The notes beneath the pieces are model-generated. The model was not told the DNA's origin. It saw only the letters and a list, made by a program, of their open reading frames with translations, and searched no databases. A program made the position numbers and the translations under genes. From assembly GCA_047602425.1 (NCBI GenBank), contig JASGHG010000001.1, positions 2,656,001 to 2,720,000 on the forward strand: a DNA stretch of 64,000 bases, written 5' to 3'. This DNA comes from Nibricoccus sp. (GTDB lineage: Bacteria > Verrucomicrobiota > Verrucomicrobiia > Opitutales > Opitutaceae). Position 1 is the first letter of the stretch, and each line of letters starts with the position of its first letter. Below, one piece after another: positions 27,510 through 35,594 of the stretch.

Positions 27510-28388
27510 ATGAGCAATCTCAACGTCAGGTCCCAGACCCTTGCGGATGCCCGCGGACTCGGTAGCATCAACACCCTTCTCGGCCGCTCCCTCGGTCGAC
27601 TCAGCTCTGGCAACCGTCTTGCCGGACTGGTGACCGATCCTTCCGCTGTCGGCGCCGTCGGCCGGCTGGATGCCCAGCAAAAGCGCGCCCAGGCCGCCTC
27701 GGTCAATGTTCAGAACGCCGCTTCGTTCGTGCAAAGTTCGGTTGGCCTCATGGCCAGCGTTGGCAACCTCCTTTCGCGTATGTCCGAACTTTCCCAGTAC
27801 GCGACCGACGGCATGAAGAACGCTGGCGACATTGCCCTCTATCAAGACGAGTTCGAAAAACTCCAGGATCAGCTCCGCCAGACCATCGGGGGAACGATCG
27901 CCGAAATCGGTGGCCTCACTGACGTCAACAACCCAATGGGCACCTTTAATGATGTCCCGCTTTTCGGCGCCAACCCTACTGGCACCAGCATCGCGTCCAG
28001 CTCCAAGGCGGGCGACACGATCAATATTCCCGAGACCAATTTCCGCGACGGCGCCATGCTGGAACTTTTCCGCCAGGACGCCGCGGGGAACTATGTGCTG
28101 ACCGTCACCGATCCGACGTCCATCGCCAAAGTGACCGCCGCCATCAGCGATCTCTCGGACGAGCGCTCGGTGCTCGCCGGTGTGGGCAGCCGCCTTGAAT
28201 TTGCCTTCAACACGCTCACCGTCGAAAAACAGAACATTTCCGCGGCCGTTTCGCGCATTCAGGATGTCGACGTTGCCACCGAATCCACTCGTTTGAGCAA
28301 GCTCAACATCCTCTACGAAAGCGGCACTGCGATGCTCTCGCAGGCCAACCAAGCCCCTCGCGCCGTCCTCAAGCTCCTCGAAGCCTGA
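27510..28388 (+). CDS. Short divergent flagellin
   Basis: RLSSG.R, L.RMSEL, SRIQDVDVATE......IL...G.AMLSQANQ.P..VLKLL. Confidence 0.92.
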   Translation: MSNLNVRSQTLADARGLGSINTLLGRSLGRLSSGNRLAGLVTDPSAVGAVGRLDAQQKRAQAASVNVQNAASFVQSSVGLMASVGNLLSRMSELSQYATDGMKNAGDIALYQDEFEKLQDQLRQTIGGTIAEIGGLTDVNNPMGTFNDVPLFGANPTGTSIASSSKAGDTINIPETNFRDGAMLELFRQDAAGNYVLTVTDPTSIAKVTAAISDLSDERSVLAGVGSRLEFAFNTLTVEKQNISAAVSRIQDVDVATESTRLSKLNILYESGTAMLSQANQAPRAVLKLLEA

Positions 28389-28623
28389 GTCGTAGAAGCG
28401 CTGCAAGGGTAGGGGTTATCGTTTCGCTGAATTCCCTTTCCAAAACTCAATTGGCGATAAGCGATAGTTTAGTTGGTGTCGCCCGTCTATTGCCAAATTT
28501 AAAGGTAGGGGCAATGCTCCGTCATTGCCCAAAGACATTTGGCAGGATTCCCGCCCTTGCTTCCATCTCAAAATTCGAGTTGTGGCCCGACCCAACCAAG
28601 TAAGACGCAATAAAATCGTGTGA

Positions 28624-29643
28624 CTACGCGGCTGTCTCGACTTCTTCCGTTTCTCCCGCGGACTCGGAAACATTGTCCTTCGCCTGTGAGATGCGCATGG
28701 AAACTTCCTCTGTGTTTCTCGAAACCTCGGTGATCGTGTTGCTGATCTCGGTCGTGGCTTGAACCTGTTCCTTGATGGAAATGGCAATGTTGGAAGCGGT
28801 CTGGTGCACGCCGTCGACCGTTTTGCTGATCTGCGAAATCAAACGCGTCACTTCGGCGACGGTGGCCTGCACGTGTTTCACCTCTGCGCTGATTTCATCC
28901 GTGGCATGATGGGTTTCGGTCGCGAGCGCTTTTACTTCGGAGGCGACGACTGCGAAGCCCGCGCCTTGGTCCCCGGCGTGCGCGGCCTCGATCGAGGCGT
29001 TGAGCGCGAGAAGATTCGTCTGCATGGCGACGTTGTTGATCACGTCAACAACGCGGTCGATCTTGCCGACGGCTGCGGTGAGTTCCTCCAGCGTACGATT
29101 GATTTGCGCCATATCGCTGACCGCCTTGCGGGCGGTGTTGGCGGCATCGTTGGTCTGGCCGGAAATCTCCGTCGTGGTGGCGCTCATCTCTTCGCAGGCC
29201 GCAGCCACACGGCAGACGCTTTGCGCATTTTCGGCGGCTTGCCCGCGAACGAACGCGATGTTGTCGCTGCTCTCTTTCATTTTCAGTCCGGCGGTGTTGA
29301 TGATGCCGGCGCTTTGTTGGTACGCACCTTTGAGACCGCGTTGAAGAATGGGGCGGTGAAAACGGTCGCGACTGCAATTTTCCATCGCGGCGGCGGCTTC
29401 GCGCACAAACGAGTCGGCCATGTCGAGCGTCTCATTGATCGCCTGGCACATTTTTCCGAAGCGGGTGCGCGTGCCCATTCCGGTGATGCGTGCTTCAAGG
29501 TCGCCGGCGGCCGCGCGTTTGCAAATGGTGGTGACCTCGGCGGTGCGGCTGCGCAGGAAGGGGCGGATGGTTCGCCAGCAGCGTCGCAGAAAACTGGATA
29601 CTCCGCCGGTGGGGCGACCTGGCGTGCGGTGACCGTTTCTCAT
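28624..29643 (-). CDS. Soluble methyl-accepting chemotaxis protein (HAMP-like + signalling domain)
   Basis: ATG overlaps the PAS gene stop (ATGA); QTNLLALNASIEAAHAG..GAGFAVVASEVK.LA; no TM segment. Confidence 0.9.
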   Translation of the reverse strand: MRNGHRTPGRPTGGVSSFLRRCWRTIRPFLRSRTAEVTTICKRAAAGDLEARITGMGTRTRFGKMCQAINETLDMADSFVREAAAAMENCSRDRFHRPILQRGLKGAYQQSAGIINTAGLKMKESSDNIAFVRGQAAENAQSVCRVAAACEEMSATTTEISGQTNDAANTARKAVSDMAQINRTLEELTAAVGKIDRVVDVINNVAMQTNLLALNASIEAAHAGDQGAGFAVVASEVKALATETHHATDEISAEVKHVQATVAEVTRLISQISKTVDGVHQTASNIAISIKEQVQATTEISNTITEVSRNTEEVSMRISQAKDNVSESAGETEEVETAA

Positions 29644-30194
29644 GCGGAAGCCTCCAGTCGGGTGTGGCGCGAAAGGCTGAAAACGAACTGGTCGTAATCG
29701 ACTTTCTGGCTCGCAAGCAGTTCGAGCATCAAGTTGAAGCCGGCCTCGGCCGCATCGCGGCGATTGGCATATTTGGCCTCCTCGGCGAGCAGGGTGGAGT
29801 AAAGTTCTTTCACACGGGGCAGCGCGTCGGAATAGGGCACACGGCGATTCGAATGATAGCCGACGAGCTGGCCTTGGAGATCGTAACTGGGTGTGACATG
29901 GGCGAAGACCCAATAACCCAAGCCATCCTTCGCCAGATTGAGCACGTACGCGAAAATTTCCTTCTCCGCATGCAGCGTGTCCCAGAGCAGTTTGAAGACA
30001 CAGCGCGGCATCGCAGGGTGGCGGATAATGTTGTGCGGCGCGCCCATGAGTTGCCGCTCCGAATAGCCGGAAACGCGCACAAAAACGTCATTTACGTACG
30101 TGATGACACCGCGCAAGTCAGTCTTGCTGACGATGATCTCATTTTCGCCAAAAGATTTTTCCCGACTGGAGAAGACGGTGTTGGAGCTTGGCAC
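29640..30194 (-). CDS. Stand-alone Aer-type PAS sensor
   Basis: IVSKTDL.G.ITYVN..F...SGY...L.G.PHNIIRHP.MP..VF..LW. Confidence 0.9.
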   Translation of the reverse strand: MPSSNTVFSSREKSFGENEIIVSKTDLRGVITYVNDVFVRVSGYSERQLMGAPHNIIRHPAMPRCVFKLLWDTLHAEKEIFAYVLNLAKDGLGYWVFAHVTPSYDLQGQLVGYHSNRRVPYSDALPRVKELYSTLLAEEAKYANRRDAAEAGFNLMLELLASQKVDYDQFVFSLSRHTRLEASA

Positions 30195-30224
30195 GGCGTT
30201 GGAAGTGAAAGAGGATTCCCCCTA

Positions 30225-30251
30225 TTATCGGCCCGGGATGGTTCTCATTTA
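30225..30251 (-). promoter_or_regulatory. sigma28 promoter of PAS-MCP operon
   Basis: Exact consensus TAAA-N15-GCCGATAA. Confidence 0.88.
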
Positions 30252-30388
30252 ACGAAAAAGCGCTCGAAGCTCCTTATTACTGCTTTGCATGCAGCAGCAT
30301 GCGGAAATTATATCGCCGCCATTCGCCTGTTTCCAAAGTTTAGCGCCGCCGAGTACATACAGGCAAGCGTCGCAACTGCGAGTTGGCC

Positions 30389-31927
30389 TTAGGTTTTTGC
30401 GGCCAGCCGTGCCTTCACCGTGCGGCGGTCGAGATCGAGGCGGCGGGCGGTTTCCTCGACGGTGCCGGCTTGCGCGTGGACGAGCTGCGTGTAGCGGCGG
30501 AGCAATTGCTCGGCGGTCAACGCGCCTGTTTCGATGATCGTGTTCCAATCGTCTGAAGCGGCGCGGACGAGCGGTCCGGCCGGTCGGTAGTTACCGCGCA
30601 GAATCAGGCTGCGTAGGCATTGTTCGAGTTCGCGGAAATTGCCGGGCCACGCGTAAGCATCTCCGAGATTTTTGCCGATCCAGCCGAGCGCTTCGCGCGT
30701 AAATGGTTCGGCTTCGTCGGCACCGAGCATCTTTTGCGCGATGTGACGCGTCATCGTGAGCAAATCGCCGGGTGCATCGTCGAGTTGTTCCCGGAGTGAC
30801 GGGGTTTCAATCTGGTCGGAACAAAGCCGGTAATAGAAATCCTCGCGAAAACGCCCGGCGCGAATTTCCCCTGGCAGGTTGCGATTGGTTGCGGCGATGA
30901 TTTTGCCCTGAAATTGCAAGCTGTCAGTGCTGCCGAGCGGCTGAAACATCCGCGATTGAAGCACGCGCAGCAATTTCACCTGGATGCCGGTGTCGACTTC
31001 GCCAATTTCGTCGAGGAACACCGCGCCGGTGGGCGGGCAGACTTCCATCCAGCCCGCACGATCGCCGAGCGCGCCAGTGAATGCTCCGCGGCGATGACCG
31101 AAAAGTTCCGACTCGATCAAGGTGGGCGAGAGCGCTGCGAGATTGAGCGGATAAAAGCCGCGCGAAAAGTCGTCATGGAAACCGCCGCGCTTCGGTTCGT
31201 AGGGAATATAGCGCGACATCGCGAGCGCCCGGGCGACGAGTTCCTTGCCGGTGCCGGAGGGGCCGGTGATGAGCGTTGAAAAATCTCCCATGCGCGCGAA
31301 CAGCACGCGGCGGTAGCGACCGAGATTGTGCGTGCAAATCGACTGCCAGATCGCGGCCCGAAGCTGCGCCATCGGTTTCGAACCACCAACGAGCGACAAA
31401 AAGATGTTGTGAAAAGCGCGCCGGATTTGAAACGCGCAGGCAAACAAGTGCGGCGCCGAGTGGGTCTCCAGCACGCGCATGCCGGGCAGGCCGAAGCAAC
31501 GCTGCACGTCGTCGCGAAACGCCGCAAAGAATTCCACACGCCCGCCTTCGCCTTTTCCCGCGAGAGATGCGAGAATCACACGATCGAAGCGCGGCGCATA
31601 GCTTTGATAGAGCCAATAGCCGGCGATTTCTTCGTAGAGCGCGAGATCGGTGGCGGCCACGCGTCCATCTTTCGGCCAGCGTGTGTGAATTTGAGCGATG
31701 ATTTTTTCGCACCGCCGCATGATCGCGAGAAGGTTGGGATGCGTCGCTTCGATTTCCGGCGGCCGGGTGTTCCATTCAGCGCCGGCTATTTGAAACCCAT
31801 CGCCGAGAGCATCGCGTTCAGCATCGATGCGTTCGCGCAGAAACGGGTTCGACGCGTTAACTTTTGCGATGGCCTCGGCGAAAATGCGGTCTTGCGGTTC
31901 GCTGAAAATCGCGACCTTGGATGACAT
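30389..31927 (-). CDS. sigma54-dependent enhancer-binding protein with unrecognised N-terminal domain
   Basis: GPSGTGKE, ESELFGH..GAFTGA, FLDEIGE, RFREDFYYRL, WPGN.REL, C-terminal HTH; start at MSSKV. Confidence 0.93.
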   Translation of the reverse strand: MSSKVAIFSEPQDRIFAEAIAKVNASNPFLRERIDAERDALGDGFQIAGAEWNTRPPEIEATHPNLLAIMRRCEKIIAQIHTRWPKDGRVAATDLALYEEIAGYWLYQSYAPRFDRVILASLAGKGEGGRVEFFAAFRDDVQRCFGLPGMRVLETHSAPHLFACAFQIRRAFHNIFLSLVGGSKPMAQLRAAIWQSICTHNLGRYRRVLFARMGDFSTLITGPSGTGKELVARALAMSRYIPYEPKRGGFHDDFSRGFYPLNLAALSPTLIESELFGHRRGAFTGALGDRAGWMEVCPPTGAVFLDEIGEVDTGIQVKLLRVLQSRMFQPLGSTDSLQFQGKIIAATNRNLPGEIRAGRFREDFYYRLCSDQIETPSLREQLDDAPGDLLTMTRHIAQKMLGADEAEPFTREALGWIGKNLGDAYAWPGNFRELEQCLRSLILRGNYRPAGPLVRAASDDWNTIIETGALTAEQLLRRYTQLVHAQAGTVEETARRLDLDRRTVKARLAAKT

Positions 31928-31954
31928 AATTTGTCTATAGACCGACAAATTATG
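31925..31954. promoter_or_regulatory. 11-bp perfect inverted repeat; putative enhancer/autoregulatory site
   Basis: CATAATTTGTC-TATAGACC-GACAAATTATG overlapping the activator start codon. Confidence 0.75.
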
Positions 31955-32036
31955 CCAGACAAGCACGGATCGATAGACCTAACGGAATATTTCAAACCAC
32001 AGATTCCCAACGGCTAACGATCAACCGGTCATTTTC

Positions 32037-32052
32037 TGGCCCATGTTTAGCA
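32037..32052 (+). promoter_or_regulatory. sigma54 promoter of VIT-vWA gene
   Basis: TGGCCCATGTTTAGCA = GG-N10-GC. Confidence 0.7.
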
Positions 32053-32085
32053 AGGGAGCACGACGTCGTTTCAAACCACGTCATC

Positions 32086-34110
32086 ATGAAAATAAAATCC
32101 ATCGTTCTTACTGGCGTAGCCGTGCTCCTGTCCGCCGCGGCTTCGCTTTTTGCGGGCGGCACGCTCACGCCGACCACTGCCGCTCAACAACCAATCAAAA
32201 TCAACAATCATCAGGCGAACGTCACCATCAACAACGGCTTTGCTCAGGTCGAAGTGTTGCAGACATTCTTCAATCCCAATCCAACCGACCTCGAAGCTGT
32301 CTATGCGTTTCCGGTGCCGAAGAGCGCCAGCCTTTCCGAAGTCACCATTGTCACGGGTGAAAAGACGCTGAACGGCGAAGTCCTCGCAAAACAGGATGCC
32401 GAAAAGGTCTACGAAGAAGAAAAGCAGGCGGGCAACGATGCCGGCCTGGCGAAAAAAAACAGCTACCTCACCTACGAATTTCGCGTTTCTCCCGTGCGCG
32501 CCAATTCCGAGGTGAAACTGCGCTTTGTCTACTATCAGCCGCTAGAAATCGATTCCGGCGTGGGCCGTTTTCTCTATCCGCTCGAGGATGGAGGCACCGA
32601 CGAGGTCGCGAAGAGTTTTTGGACAACCAATTCCCAGGTGGAAGGAGCGCTCTCGATCAACGTTGAGCTGAAGTCGGCATGGCCGGTCAGCGACGTGCGA
32701 GTGCCGGGTTTCGAAGGTGTGGCCGTCACCAAGAAAATCGCCGAAGGTCACTATCAACTCACGCTCGACCGCCCGGGCGCGAAACTCGATCGCGACTTTG
32801 TTTTCTATTATCGTCTCGCGGACAATTTGCCCGGCCGCGTCGAAGTGATTCCTTATCGAGCTGACAAATCCAAACCCGGCACGTTCATGATGGTCGTCAC
32901 GCCGGGCGTCGATTTGAAACCGATCACTCACGGCGCCGATTACGTGTATGTACTCGATGTTTCGGGTTCGATGCAGGGAAAAATCCACACGCTCGCCAAC
33001 GGGGTTGGTCAGGCGCTTGGTAAGATGCGCCCGAAGGATCGTTTTCGTATCGTTTCATTTAGTTCATCGGCGCGCGAAGTGCTGGATTGGACCGCCGCCA
33101 CGCCGGAAAACGTCACGCGCGCCATTGAAATGGTGAAGGGTCTGAAAACTGAAAGTTCAACCAACCTCTATGCTGGCGTGCAGAAAGGGCTCGAAAAACT
33201 CGATGCCGACCGCGCCACGAGCCTCGTGCTCGTAACCGATGGCGTGGCCAACGAGGGCGTGGTCCAGCCCGCGGCTTTTCACAAGCTGCTGAAAAGTTAC
33301 GACATTCGCGTCTTCGGTTTCCTGATGGGAAATAGTTCGAACTGGCCGCTCATGCGCACGATCACCGACGCAACCGGCGGTTTTTATGCCGGCGTGAGCA
33401 ATGACGACGACATCGTCGGCCAGATCATCCTCGCGAAATCGAAAATCACTTTCGAGGCGCTGCACGACGCGTCGTTCAAGTTCACGGGCGCGCGCGTCTT
33501 TGACACGACGGGGGATTATCCGAACAAAATCTACCGCGGCCAGCAGCTCGTGATTTTTGGCCGCTATGAGGGTGCGGGCCCGGCGACCGTCACGCTCAAG
33601 GCCAAGCTCACCGGCGAGGATAAAACGTACACCACGAACTTCAATTTCCCGGAAACCGACACCGACAATCCCGAAATCGAACGCCTTTGGGCGATGGCGC
33701 AGGTCGAGCAGATCGAGCTGAAGGAGAATATCGGTGTGCTGCCGTCCTCGGAATCGAAGGACGCGATCCAGGCGATCGGTGTCGCGTACCAGATCGTGAC
33801 CGATCACACCTCGATGGTCGTGCTCGATGACGCGACGTTTGCCAAGCGCGGCATCGCCCGCAACAACCAGCAGCGCACCGCCAATGAGCGCGTTGCGCAG
33901 AGTGTCCGGGCCAAGCAGGCGCCGAAGAACTATCAGGTTGATGCGCAGCAGCCGACCTACACCTCGCCTGCGCACCACGTCAGCCATGGTGGCGGTGGTG
34001 GCGGCGCGCTCGATCCGAAAACGGCGAACATGCTGCTCTTCCTTTTCCTTGCTGCGACCAGCTTCTACGCCCGCCGCCATATGAGTGCGGGCAGGCAGCG
34101 CAAGGAATGA
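32086..34110 (+). CDS. Secreted VIT + vWA domain protein with GlyGly-CTERM-like sorting signal
   Basis: Signal peptide; VIT (V.Q.F.NP....EA.Y.FP.P..A); MIDAS DVSGS..T..TDG; C-terminus GGGGGGALD + hydrophobic helix + RR. Confidence 0.9.
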   Translation: MKIKSIVLTGVAVLLSAAASLFAGGTLTPTTAAQQPIKINNHQANVTINNGFAQVEVLQTFFNPNPTDLEAVYAFPVPKSASLSEVTIVTGEKTLNGEVLAKQDAEKVYEEEKQAGNDAGLAKKNSYLTYEFRVSPVRANSEVKLRFVYYQPLEIDSGVGRFLYPLEDGGTDEVAKSFWTTNSQVEGALSINVELKSAWPVSDVRVPGFEGVAVTKKIAEGHYQLTLDRPGAKLDRDFVFYYRLADNLPGRVEVIPYRADKSKPGTFMMVVTPGVDLKPITHGADYVYVLDVSGSMQGKIHTLANGVGQALGKMRPKDRFRIVSFSSSAREVLDWTAATPENVTRAIEMVKGLKTESSTNLYAGVQKGLEKLDADRATSLVLVTDGVANEGVVQPAAFHKLLKSYDIRVFGFLMGNSSNWPLMRTITDATGGFYAGVSNDDDIVGQIILAKSKITFEALHDASFKFTGARVFDTTGDYPNKIYRGQQLVIFGRYEGAGPATVTLKAKLTGEDKTYTTNFNFPETDTDNPEIERLWAMAQVEQIELKENIGVLPSSESKDAIQAIGVAYQIVTDHTSMVVLDDATFAKRGIARNNQQRTANERVAQSVRAKQAPKNYQVDAQQPTYTSPAHHVSHGGGGGGALDPKTANMLLFLFLAATSFYARRHMSAGRQRKE

Positions 34111-34128
34111 TGACAGGTCGATAGAGCG

Positions 34129-34169
34129 AGACGCCGGGCAGTCTCTCCAGCGCTGCCCGGCGTCTTTTT
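34129..34169 (+). terminator. Stem-loop/terminator between target and rhombosortase genes
   Basis: AGACGCCGGGCAG-N11-CTGCCCGGCGTCT-TTTT. Confidence 0.75.
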
Positions 34170-34187
34170 CGGCTGCAAATCAAGATC

Positions 34188-34817
34188 GTGCGGGCCGTTT
34201 CTGCCTCTAAAATCGTGAAAAAATTCCCCTTTATCGCCGTCATTTTTACCGCTTTGGCTTTGTTCGTTTTCCGACTGGCGGGCTGGACTGAGGCATTGGA
34301 AATGAATCGCATTGCCCTCGCGCAGGGCGAGCTCTGGCGATTGTTCACCGGACATCTCACGCATTTTTCGGCCGATCATTTGAAGTGGGACCTCGCGGTA
34401 TTCGTTGCACTCGGCTCGTTGGTGGAATTACGGAGCAGAAGGCATTTCGTGGCGGTTTTGGCGGGCGGTGCACTGGCGATTTCGGTGGGCGTGTGGTGGC
34501 TGCAACCGCAATTTGCCAGCTATCGCGGGCTTTCCGGAGTCGATAGCGCGTTGTTCGGTTATGTCGCGATGGATATTTTTTTGATCGCCTGCGCGGAAAA
34601 ACGGTATGGCACGGTTCTCATCGCTGGTTTGGCACTGATGCTATTTGTGGCGAAAACCAGCTTCGAACTTGTCTCGGGGCGTACGGTTTTCGTCGATAAT
34701 TCCGGTGGTTTTGCTCCTGTACCGCTCGCGCATCTTATCGGTGCAATTGTTGGCGGCGTTTGCGTGGTGAGGGGCCATCGACTGGAGAAAAAACAAGCGG
34801 AGGGCTTGGCGGGGTGA
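34188..34817 (+). CDS. Rhomboid-family intramembrane serine protease (rhombosortase-like)
   Basis: GELWRLFTGHLTH...HL.WDL, YRGLSG (catalytic Ser), AHLIG (catalytic His); start uncertain. Confidence 0.88.
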   Translation: MRAVSASKIVKKFPFIAVIFTALALFVFRLAGWTEALEMNRIALAQGELWRLFTGHLTHFSADHLKWDLAVFVALGSLVELRSRRHFVAVLAGGALAISVGVWWLQPQFASYRGLSGVDSALFGYVAMDIFLIACAEKRYGTVLIAGLALMLFVAKTSFELVSGRTVFVDNSGGFAPVPLAHLIGAIVGGVCVVRGHRLEKKQAEGLAG

Positions 34818-34876
34818 ATCGGCAGCGTCTGGCGGATTCTTGACCGGAGCCGTGTGCGACGTTCAAGTGAGCACGG

Positions 34877-35536
34877 ATGTTGAAAACCCGTTTTGGAATC
34901 TGGTGTTTGATCGTGGCTGTTTTGCTCGTGCCAATTTTGCCGTGGCTTGTCTTCGGGCCGCGGTTGGAGATGTGGGCGCTGGGTTTGGTGAGCGGTGAAA
35001 ATGGATCGAATTTTTCACGCTGGCTGGTGGGTGCGCTGGGAGTGGGCTTGCTCGCGGGAGATAGTTTTTTGCCGATCCCTTCGACGTTGGTGATGAGCGC
35101 GCTGGGTTTGGCTCTCGGCGTGGTGGCGGGCGGCATTGCGGCTTCGTTGGGTGTTTTTCTTTCTGGAACAATTGCGTATCTGGTCTGCCGGCGCTGGGGA
35201 GTCGACATGGCGCGGCGCATCGCGGGCGAAAAAGGTCTGGCGAAATTGGGTGCGACGATGAGCCGCGAAGGGGCATTGCTCATCGCAGTCACCCGTTCGG
35301 TGCCTGTCGTGCAGGAGGCGACCGCCTGTTTGGCTGGAGTCACGAAGATGCCGCCCAGACTTTTTTTCACGGCACTGGGAGCGGGTTGTTTACCCACGGG
35401 TTTTGCCTATGCAGCGATTGGCGCGAGCGCGCTGCGTAGTCAGGCATGGGCCATTGGCCTCAGTCTGGTGGTGCCGCTCGTGACGTGGCTTTTGATTCAA
35501 GCGTTTGTTGGCGCGGTGGATCGCGGGAAAATCTGA
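34877..35536 (+). CDS. DedA/VTT (SNARE-associated) membrane protein
   Basis: D.FLPIPS, Y...R.WG, TRSVPVV.E....AG...M....F. Confidence 0.8.
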   Translation: MLKTRFGIWCLIVAVLLVPILPWLVFGPRLEMWALGLVSGENGSNFSRWLVGALGVGLLAGDSFLPIPSTLVMSALGLALGVVAGGIAASLGVFLSGTIAYLVCRRWGVDMARRIAGEKGLAKLGATMSREGALLIAVTRSVPVVQEATACLAGVTKMPPRLFFTALGAGCLPTGFAYAAIGASALRSQAWAIGLSLVVPLVTWLLIQAFVGAVDRGKI

Positions 35537-35594
35537 CCGAACCACTCGCAAAGGGGGCGAAGTGGTGCACGTTCCGGTGACCCCGGAATATCCC

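Noticed and set aside
28400..28620. AT-richer spacer with short inverted repeats as a mobile-element scar
   Set aside because: No terminal repeats, target duplication or transposase remnant; likely just a terminator region between convergent genes
29644..29913. Extended N-terminus of the MCP
   Set aside because: Overlaps the PAS gene; ATGA coupling at 29640-29643 gives the more plausible start
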